The position numbers were made by a program, and so were the translations under genes. Below are positions 27,134 to 33,764 of a DNA stretch of 34,495 nt, piece by piece. Every line of letters begins with the position of its first letter. Position 1 is the stretch's first letter. The DNA lies in IMG/VR virus record IMGVR_UViG_3300047561_001131, positions 1 to 34,495 of that record, one strand, 5' to 3'. The notes below the pieces were generated by a model. That model did no database searches. It saw nothing but the letters and a program-made list of their open reading frames with translations, and was not told the DNA's origin. The stretch comes from a virus. Its lineage: Duplodnaviria; Caudoviricetes.

Positions 27134-27205
27134 AGACACGTTCATCGGTTTGTCTCCATTGATTTTGTCGTGGCCGGTCAGAGTTTCCCCCTGACCGGCT
27201 TTTTT
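27134..27205 (+). ncRNA. Candidate ~70-nt antisense small RNA
   Basis: Bounded by a promoter and an intrinsic terminator; carries two segments complementary to start regions of - strand genes. Confidence 0.5.
27173..27205 (+). terminator. Intrinsic terminator
   Basis: GCCGGTCAG / CTGACCGGC 9-bp stem, loop AGTTTCCCC, then TTTTTT. Confidence 0.85.
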
Positions 27206-27206
27206 A

Positions 27207-27464
27207 TTATTCAATCCCAAAAAGTGTGCTGACGTGCTCCACCGTCCATAGAATGCCGTCAACCTGGCCGTCCTGAAAGCCAGTAGACTTAATTGGCGGC
27301 ATCATACCGTTCACCCTGCCAGCGAACTGTTGAAGATAGCGCAACACCTGTTTGGCTCCCTCCTCGTATGCGGCTTGGTAATCCGTCAGGTCCTGCGTCC
27401 TATTCGGATGCGGTAGAAACGACTCACTAAAGGTAATTGCGTCCTGAGTTATTTGGCTCATCAT
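27207..27464 (-). CDS. Hypothetical protein
   Basis: 85 aa, GGGAAAC upstream, coupled. Confidence 0.6.
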   Translation of the reverse strand: MMSQITQDAITFSESFLPHPNRTQDLTDYQAAYEEGAKQVLRYLQQFAGRVNGMMPPIKSTGFQDGQVDGILWTVEHVSTLFGIE

Positions 27465-27664
27465 TTTAGTTTCCCGTGAAAGTTGATCCGATTGCGTAAA
27501 GCCTCTTCCAACAATGTGGTGAAGCTAATTTTATCCTTTGAGCACACTGACTTGCAGCGCCACAACAGATCCACGTTAATGAATATAGTGTGTCGCTTGT
27601 AACCAGGTCGTGGGGAATCAAAGCGTGGTCGGCAATAGTCAGCCGGTGGTATATCGTTACTCAT
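27461..27664 (-). CDS. Ribbon-helix-helix DNA-binding protein
   Basis: KRHTIFINVDLLWRCK...ISFTTLLEEALR strand-helix-helix pattern. Confidence 0.6.
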   Translation of the reverse strand: MSNDIPPADYCRPRFDSPRPGYKRHTIFINVDLLWRCKSVCSKDKISFTTLLEEALRNRINFHGKLK

Positions 27665-28496
27665 TGAAAGCCTCATCGATGCAGCTAGTCAGTTTCTCAA
27701 GCCGGATGGGTGACTTCCAGTGTGTCTCGGTCAGCCGTTTGGCGTTATTGGCTACCAAATACGTTTCAGCGATAACCAGCTTGTCACCCTGTAGCGTTTC
27801 TGTGTTGTAGTAGGTTGTCGTGGCCCTGGACTTCTTGGCCTTTGGCTTAACTTCCATAAATTCCGGCAACTCTTCTATTTTTTCGAATACTTCGCCGGTT
27901 TCTACGTCTACAACTGCCTCCGCTGGCTCAACCTTCGTCCCTATAACCTTTCCCGTCTTTTCAGAGACGATTAAAGCCTCTTGGGGGATGGTTGTGACTC
28001 GTGGAGGTGCGAACTCAGCTGGCATTTCCTCTTGGGTATACAAACCGCCAAGTTCCTGCACGAAAGCCTCTCTTATGGCCAGACTTTTCGCACACTTACT
28101 AAGCATAACTGACGGCATCGTTTTCCATATAGGACTCGGTTTGCCGTATTCGTTCATGTAAGCAGTAGCTACAGCCGGAAAACGCCTATCCTTGCGGTAC
28201 ACTTTCGCCGTGGCCGAAACGAGTTGCTTATTGTCCCACTCAAACTCAACTTCCATGCCGTCAAACATAGGGTGCGAGTTAGCGATACGCAGGAATCCGT
28301 TAATCCCTGTCATAAGTTGCAAGCGGCCACCTGCCTTGATCGCCCACACCTCTTTGGTTACGGGATTCAAGCCGGTGCTTTTAACGATCTCCGCAAATAG
28401 TGCGAACTCGCTATCGGTCAACCCTGGTGCAACGGTGTTGCGGAGTGTGTTGAGCATCTCCACGTTGTTTTGTGTTATTAGTGCTTTATCGTTCAT
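27657..28496 (-). CDS. recT: RecT/Bet single-strand annealing recombinase
   Basis: TGLNP..KEVW.IK, MTGINGFLRIA, SATAKVYRKD, W..MP.VML.KCA...A.R.AF, GLYT.EEM. Confidence 0.9.
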   Translation of the reverse strand: MNDKALITQNNVEMLNTLRNTVAPGLTDSEFALFAEIVKSTGLNPVTKEVWAIKAGGRLQLMTGINGFLRIANSHPMFDGMEVEFEWDNKQLVSATAKVYRKDRRFPAVATAYMNEYGKPSPIWKTMPSVMLSKCAKSLAIREAFVQELGGLYTQEEMPAEFAPPRVTTIPQEALIVSEKTGKVIGTKVEPAEAVVDVETGEVFEKIEELPEFMEVKPKAKKSRATTTYYNTETLQGDKLVIAETYLVANNAKRLTETHWKSPIRLEKLTSCIDEAFNE

Positions 28497-28506
28497 TGTT
28501 GTCTCC

Positions 28507-28896
28507 TTACTTGGAATTAAGCGTTAAAAAATCGGCCACCATTTGACGGTACAGCCGCTCCATAGGCCACTTTCGAGCCTTGGCGATCTCCACCAGCTGC
28601 CGATATTGCGCTTGGCTTACGTTAGGCACGTTGAGCTGTAAAAATGGCTTTTCAAAGTTAGTTACAGGCAATTTCACCATTTTTTTAGCGTGTTTTTTTG
28701 GCTTTTCAGCGCTAGGACGTTGGCAGTTGCTTTGACAGGTGCGGCACCAATATTGCAAGCCGTCAGCGGTGCGCTTGCACTTATTGAAAGCCGACGTTTC
28801 AAGCGTATTTTTGCACTTGCTACAATGTTTGGTAGCTTTTAGTTCAATCCACTCGGTCGGTGGCGTTGGTCTAAATAGTTTTTTGAATATATTCAT
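28507..28896 (-). CDS. Zn-finger plus ribbon-helix-helix protein
   Basis: CSKC...F.K.....DGLQ.WC..C followed by QLNVPNVS...L...A......ME...R; GGAGAC RBS before ATG at 28896. Confidence 0.65.
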   Translation of the reverse strand: MNIFKKLFRPTPPTEWIELKATKHCSKCKNTLETSAFNKCKRTADGLQYWCRTCQSNCQRPSAEKPKKHAKKMVKLPVTNFEKPFLQLNVPNVSQAQYRQLVEIAKARKWPMERLYRQMVADFLTLNSK

Positions 28897-28930
28897 GGTT
28901 GTCTCCAATAAAATTACATCTTACATCTTA

Positions 28931-29434
28931 CTAGCCTAATTTCTTAGACAGTGAAAGTACCTTTCTAGCGTATTCTTTACCCTCCTTGCAGTTAATTTTG
29001 CCACAGTTGTACACGGTTAAAGCGTCTCGGATGTTGCCAGTGCGCTCCAGTTCCTCCGACAGTATACGAGCACCACACCGCACATTGTGAGTTGGATCCC
29101 ATAGCCTGTCAGGGTGCCACCCACAGCGGCGAGCGTTAAACGGCATAACCTGAGACAGGCCACGAGCACCTACATGACTCTCAGCTTTCACATTCCCGCC
29201 GCTCTCCACCTGTACGACGGCATGATACACGTTCCGATCTAACCCATAAGCGTCCGCCGCCCTGCTCACCTCTTGACGTATAACAGCCTTAGAATGACCG
29301 CTACTGAGTCCAAAAAAGCGAAGGGTGTGGTAGGATAGGTCAGCTGGTAATCGTACAGCACAACCAGTTAGGGCGATTATAACAACCCCACCGATCCAAC
29401 CTGGATCGGCAGGGCTACCCTTGACGGCTTTCAT
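28931..29434 (-). CDS. Membrane-anchored lytic transglycosylase (SLT)
   Basis: QVESGG, GARGLSQVMP, NVRCGA..L, YNCG, EYARKV; N-terminal hydrophobic helix ending ALTGC. Confidence 0.88.
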   Translation of the reverse strand: MKAVKGSPADPGWIGGVVIIALTGCAVRLPADLSYHTLRFFGLSSGHSKAVIRQEVSRAADAYGLDRNVYHAVVQVESGGNVKAESHVGARGLSQVMPFNARRCGWHPDRLWDPTHNVRCGARILSEELERTGNIRDALTVYNCGKINCKEGKEYARKVLSLSKKLG

Positions 29435-29598
29435 CGTCGTTTTCCAAGGGATTGAACCTGCTCGATAGGGTCATTCCCAAGGATCTGAGTCTGAATACCG
29501 ATCCAGCACGTTACAGCACCCACGAAAAAGGCTACATGGAGCAACGAAACGATGATTCCAGTAGGCGTGAAAAGTAGTTGTTTGATTTGATCGATCAT
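29431..29598 (-). CDS. 55-aa membrane protein; not in the ORF track
   Basis: MIDQIKQLLFTPTGIIVSLLHVAFFVGAVTCWIG...; AGGTGA RBS; ATGA overlap with the SLT gene. Confidence 0.7.
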   Translation of the reverse strand: MIDQIKQLLFTPTGIIVSLLHVAFFVGAVTCWIGIQTQILGNDPIEQVQSLGKRR

Positions 29599-29606
29599 AA
29601 AGTCAC

Positions 29607-29795
29607 CTATTTGAGTTCGGTAGTCGGTTCAGTGCAGCTTACGAAGTAGCATTTTAAAGGCACCTTGTTTTCGACGTTAGTACGGCTTGATTCCTGCCTT
29701 TCATCGACACGGTACAGGCCAACACGGCCACCTAGTTCAATACCGGTACAGCCAGAAACAAGGCACAGCACAGCACAGCATATAAACACTTTCAT
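29607..29795 (-). CDS. Small lipoprotein
   Basis: MKVFICCAVLCLVSG-C lipobox; AGGGGAAACT RBS before ATG at 29795. Confidence 0.7.
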   Translation of the reverse strand: MKVFICCAVLCLVSGCTGIELGGRVGLYRVDERQESSRTNVENKVPLKCYFVSCTEPTTELK

Positions 29796-29844
29796 AGTTT
29801 CCCCTATTTTTACGTTAAACAGATCCCGTACTGGCAATCAGAGA

Positions 29845-29860
29845 TTCCCCCGAAGGGGAA
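29845..29860 (-). terminator. cUUCGg tetraloop hairpin (stabiliser or weak terminator)
   Basis: TTCCCC-TTCG-GGGGAA on the - strand just after a stop codon; no U tract. Confidence 0.5.
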
Positions 29861-29867
29861 CCGCTCA

Positions 29868-30188
29868 TTACCAGGGCAGTTCCATTCCCTTGATCGGTTG
29901 ACCCAAGGCATCGTTAGGAACGACCCTTTGCGTGGTTGTCGTCGTTGTAGCGTCACGATCGCCTAACACCCTTCCCCAAGTGTCAGGGCGCTCCCGAGTT
30001 TCCGTCACGACACTGTAGCCAGTCCCCCACGGCCCTCTGTCCCTTGGAACGGGTAAAACGGGTTGAACGGCTATCGGGTAGGATGGTTGGACGCCTATGG
30101 CCAGATCGGGCCTGTAGTTTCCCTCATCGTCGAATTGAGCCAGGGCTACCCCTGGCAACATTGCAAGTGTGAAAAGTATCGCTTTCAT
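29868..30188 (-). CDS. Secreted protein
   Basis: Signal peptide MKAILFTLAMLPGVALA; AAGGGGGA RBS. Confidence 0.7.
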   Translation of the reverse strand: MKAILFTLAMLPGVALAQFDDEGNYRPDLAIGVQPSYPIAVQPVLPVPRDRGPWGTGYSVVTETRERPDTWGRVLGDRDATTTTTTQRVVPNDALGQPIKGMELPW

Positions 30189-30197
30189 ATATCCCCC

Positions 30198-30641
30198 TTA
30201 ATTAAACCATCGTGATTGAATACCTCGACCGAATTCCCGCTTAAAATAGGTGCGCTTGTCGTCCCCCGTAGAACGTTCACACCATGCCCACAATACCGCT
30301 GCAAGTACGGCGCAAGCCGCTGCACGATATTCGGTTGGAAAGTATTGGCCGGTGCAGTAATCGAAACGATCTGTTTCGGCGTTGTAGGTCAATCGACCAC
30401 TGAAGGCGTGTTTCGTAGCCTTGAGAATATCGTCGGCCGTAATGGTAACGGAACGGCGCACTGCATACAGTAACGCCCTTGCATCTCGACCCTCACGCAA
30501 TATCTCACGGTATTCGGTGTTAAAAGACTTACGGCCTTCCGTGTCGCTCCAACTGTCAAAGTAGTTTCGAGCGTCAATCCCGCTACGTTGTGAGATGTGA
30601 CGTGAAAGAGCGTCGAGTATTTGATCCTTTGTTAGTTCCAT
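30198..30641 (-). CDS. Early hypothetical protein
   Basis: 147 aa, AGGGGAAAC RBS. Confidence 0.75.
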   Translation of the reverse strand: MELTKDQILDALSRHISQRSGIDARNYFDSWSDTEGRKSFNTEYREILREGRDARALLYAVRRSVTITADDILKATKHAFSGRLTYNAETDRFDYCTGQYFPTEYRAAACAVLAAVLWAWCERSTGDDKRTYFKREFGRGIQSRWFN

Positions 30642-30673
30642 ATTGTTTCCCCTAAAAATTAACTACTCTATGG

Positions 30674-30703
30674 ATGATGCCATACATCCCACATAGGATG
30701 CAA
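30674..30703 (-). promoter_or_regulatory. Candidate early sigma70 promoter
   Basis: TTGCAT-18-CATCAT with TG extension; CATCC/GGATG inverted repeat overlapping the spacer. Confidence 0.5.
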
Positions 30704-30706
30704 GTA

Positions 30707-30829
30707 CTACCATGAAAGAAATAGGACCAACCCTGCAAAGAGGGACAGTCCGATTAGTACGCTGTAAATGGCGTCAGTTAGGAATGACCCGGATACGGTG
30801 TATTCTTGTCGCAATCGTGCTTTATTCAT
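30707..30829 (-). CDS. 40-aa single-TM peptide; not in the ORF track
   Basis: MNKARLRQEYTVSGSFLTDAIYSVLIGLSLFAGLVLFLSW; AAGGGGGAAC RBS. Confidence 0.65.
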   Translation of the reverse strand: MNKARLRQEYTVSGSFLTDAIYSVLIGLSLFAGLVLFLSW

Positions 30830-30845
30830 ATGGTTCCCCCTTTAA

Positions 30846-31070
30846 CTAAAACCAATCCCCGTTTTCTTTGAGCAGGCTCACGGCGTCCTCAAAAGCGTCT
30901 GTGGGAATCTTGCGATCAATCTTGGTCACTTCCTGAAACAACTTAACCCCAACGTCTGTATATGATATCCGAGCCTGATAAGTTGTTGGGTAATTATTCC
31001 AAAACACTGGAAACACTGTGATCACTGCCTTGCAATGTCGTGCGTCGGATTTAGTGAATGTTTCTTTCAT
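30846..31070 (-). CDS. Early hypothetical protein
   Basis: 74 aa, AAGGGGAAAC RBS, first gene after the promoter. Confidence 0.65.
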   Translation of the reverse strand: MKETFTKSDARHCKAVITVFPVFWNNYPTTYQARISYTDVGVKLFQEVTKIDRKIPTDAFEDAVSLLKENGDWF

Positions 31071-31118
31071 ATCGTTTCCCCTTAATCAGTAAGCGTTAAT
31101 CACTCACTCAATATACTC

Positions 31119-31147
31119 AGTATATATGTAGGATGTAGCACATGCAA
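31119..31147 (-). promoter_or_regulatory. Strong early sigma70 promoter
   Basis: TTGCAT-17-TATACT at the head of the leftward arm. Confidence 0.75.
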
Positions 31148-31401
31148 TATATTATTCGGGGTAATGTAAAAAAATCTTAAGAATGTCTTGAATAAAAGTG
31201 AGATCCGTTTCGTCATGCTGAAACAAGTTGTGACAGTGATGTAACCCTCTCGATGTTGTCTGCCGTAAGTAGTTACCGTATCGTTATACATACTGATGTA
31301 TGAGTCTTATTATATAAGGTTAGGTATATAACGTGCGGCAACGTGCAACAGATAGACACTTTGTTAATGATAAGTGGTGGGTAGGTAGTTATAGGCACGC
31401 T

Positions 31402-31617
31402 ATGCCTTACCCTAAGGATAACCTGTATAGGCGTATACGTTACACTATGGGGCTAACACAACGTAGGGCGGCCGCACTATTCGGTATGTCACATCATGCG
31501 TGGTGCTACCGTGAGCGGGTGAAACGTATGTACCATCTCGCAGAGATACTAGCGTTACGTGAGGTAAGCGGTATGAGTGACAGGGACTTCATGAAATTAA
31601 TGAGTGAGTGTGCATAG
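31402..31617 (+). CDS. XRE/Cro-like HTH regulator (start uncertain, 31333 or 31402)
   Basis: RRIRYTMGLTQRRAAALFGMS...W..RER pattern; divergent from the early arm. Confidence 0.65.
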   Translation: MPYPKDNLYRRIRYTMGLTQRRAAALFGMSHHAWCYRERVKRMYHLAEILALREVSGMSDRDFMKLMSECA

Positions 31618-32160
31618 TTACTACCTACCGAGAATTAGAAAACTAGTTAGGTATGTAAATTAGGTAGTGATTTCAAGGGTATAAACCTGGGGAACCTATT
31701 AGAGTTTTTCGTTTTCAAAACGAATTTAAAAACAAGTGAGGTACCGGTTACATGTATATCCACATTCTCATATAAAATTCCTATACCCTATTTGAAACAT
31801 TGTTCTATAAGTTGTTTCTTCGAAAGAGTTAGTAACGATAGATTAGGTTATAGGTTAGCGATGAAAGAGTTAGGTTGTTCTTAGAGTATAGGTGGAGCTT
31901 TGCTTGGCGTAAGGTAGGAGAAAGTTACGACTGGCAGGGAAGAATGAAGCTAAGCAGAGAACGAAGTAGAGATCTGAAATATATTTATAAGATTAATAAT
32001 GTTTTTTTATAATAGAATAGAGAAAGAACGTAACGAGAAGTGAGGTAGTTCTTTGTGTAGGTGAAGCTGCGTTAGAAGGGGGGTGTAAAAGAAGGACTTC
32101 CCTATTAGGGGGGGTTACATCACACCTTGTCAAGGGGGTATTTTCAAATTATTTTTATTA
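31618..32160. other. Long non-coding, strand-skewed region (candidate origin or packaging/terminus region)
   Basis: About 540 bp without an ORF, immediately upstream of terS; C-poor + strand, AT-rich core near 31975-32020. Confidence 0.45.
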
Positions 32161-32625
32161 GTGAGTTATATGGATGAGTTAGATACGAAAATAGTTGAGG
32201 TAGAAACTCAAAAAACTAGTGAACTAAGCGTTCAAAATGATGGAATTGAGGTTGAGGTCATACATAAGCAGAGTCCAAGTCATACCAAATGTGACCGTAT
32301 TGGGGCTCAGATTAGGGATATGGCACGTATGGGGTTAACTCGTGGGAATGTCGCTATAGCGGCTCGTATAAGCCCGTATATCTTGGATAAGTACTATGCC
32401 GATGAGTACGCTGCTGGAGAGGGTGAGATGCGTAAGGGATTAGCTACGGTGGCTATGGCTGAGGCTTTGAATGGGAACACTGCTATATTGCTTCACTTGG
32501 TTAAGACTAAGCTTGGTTGGAATGAAACACAGCTTATCCAGCACAGTGGTGAGGTGAGGAGTGTCGTTAGTGCGAAACCGTTATCCAAAGAAGAGTTTGC
32601 CGAAAAATTCCTTAACAAAGAATAA
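32161..32625 (+). CDS. terS: Terminase small subunit
   Basis: HTH (MARMGLT...VA.AARIS) followed by ALNGN...L.HLVKTKLGW.E...HSGEV. Confidence 0.78.
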   Translation: MSYMDELDTKIVEVETQKTSELSVQNDGIEVEVIHKQSPSHTKCDRIGAQIRDMARMGLTRGNVAIAARISPYILDKYYADEYAAGEGEMRKGLATVAMAEALNGNTAILLHLVKTKLGWNETQLIQHSGEVRSVVSAKPLSKEEFAEKFLNKE

Positions 32626-32803
32626 GAAGATAGCAGAAACGTACAGAACATGGTATTTCGTATGTCCGGGTTGCGGTAAGGCTACAATCGTTGTGACTGA
32701 GTTTGAAGCGGTGCCATGTGGCGGTAAGTGGTGCCGTGGGTTGGTCGATTTACGAGCTAACCAGATAACTCAGGACGAGTACAACCGGAAGTGGGGAATA
32801 TGA
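32561..32803 (+). CDS. Small Zn-ribbon protein (start uncertain)
   Basis: CPGC...CGGKWC. Confidence 0.5.
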   Translation: MSLVRNRYPKKSLPKNSLTKNKKIAETYRTWYFVCPGCGKATIVVTEFEAVPCGGKWCRGLVDLRANQITQDEYNRKWGI

Positions 32804-33216
32804 GCAAGACACCTGAACAGTTGGCAAAGGAGTTTTTTGAAAATTGGCAGCCAGAAAAGCCTAAGTACATCCGTCCGAAAGCAAGACAATATGCTTTAGA
32901 AAAAGTAACCGAATGTTTCCTCGCTGGCTACAAGGCGGGTCAAGAGCATCCATTTCAATTTCAAACAAAGATGTGGGTTGATCCGATGGGACCTCAAAAC
33001 CGATGGATCAGCGTTAAGGATAGGTTGCCGGAAGAAGGTCAAGACTGCATCTTCTACGTTGATTTTGTCGATAAATGGGACAAGGGAAGTGAAAGAATTA
33101 ACTTTCAAGAGATAGGTGTATTTAACGGCAAAGATCGTTTTTATCACCGCTCCCACACCGATTTAGACAGAGTGACCTATTGGATGCCTTTGCCAAAGTC
33201 ACCGGAGGAGGCATGA
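32800..33216 (+). CDS. DUF551-domain protein
   Basis: WISVKDRLPE...VTYWMPLP. Confidence 0.85.
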   Translation: MSKTPEQLAKEFFENWQPEKPKYIRPKARQYALEKVTECFLAGYKAGQEHPFQFQTKMWVDPMGPQNRWISVKDRLPEEGQDCIFYVDFVDKWDKGSERINFQEIGVFNGKDRFYHRSHTDLDRVTYWMPLPKSPEEA

Positions 33217-33410
33217 GCAAATGGATCAGCGTTAAGGAGCGTTTGCCCGAAGATGGGGATGATTTATCAATCATGCTCGTATGGCGTAGCATTGAACATG
33301 ATTACGATACCGTAAGATGGAGATACCAGCAGGGATGGGATTGCGTTGTTCAAGATAAATCAACAATTACCCACTGGATGCCGCTACCTAAGCCACCGGA
33401 GGACAAGTAA
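33213..33410 (+). CDS. DUF551-domain protein
   Basis: WISVKERLPE...ITHWMPLPKPP; GGAGG RBS. Confidence 0.88.
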   Translation: MSKWISVKERLPEDGDDLSIMLVWRSIEHDYDTVRWRYQQGWDCVVQDKSTITHWMPLPKPPEDK

Positions 33411-33610
33411 TGGGCATTGAACACCGCATGAAGGATGAGACAGAAACTACACGCCGGTGTCCTTGGTGCAATCACGTTTCCACTGCCAGCGTCCAAGATG
33501 GCAGGGATTTCTATTTCTACTGCCAAAACCCTAATTGTAAGGTAGAGCGCATATACGGCGACAACGCTGTAATGGTTGGCGGTGGGCCGGAGATTAAACA
33601 CTATGGATAA
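33410..33610 (+). CDS. Small Zn-ribbon protein
   Basis: CPWC...CQNPNC. Confidence 0.6.
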   Translation: MGIEHRMKDETETTRRCPWCNHVSTASVQDGRDFYFYCQNPNCKVERIYGDNAVMVGGGPEIKHYG

Positions 33611-33764
33611 CAGCGGTCATTGGAAATGTCCCGAATGTGGCTCACTGTGGGACATAACTACAAACCTCTGTGTTGAGTGCGAAAAGGAGTTCGTTAAGGA
33701 GTTATACGAGCTTAGTTGGGAGCAGTTTTGGGCTGAATGTAACGAGCTAAAGAATGGATGCTGA
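33603..33764 (+). CDS. Small Zn-ribbon protein
   Basis: CPEC...CVEC; GGAG RBS; overlaps the terL start. Confidence 0.55.
   Translation: MDNSGHWKCPECGSLWDITTNLCVECEKEFVKELYELSWEQFWAECNELKNGC

Noticed and set aside
29763-29780. GCACA tandem repeat as a phase-variation tract
   Set aside because: Only about three copies, encoding the lipoprotein signal helix in frame; too short to support the claim.
31100-31291. 63-aa ORF on the - strand
   Set aside because: It overlaps the strong early promoter, has no convincing RBS and has an atypical composition.
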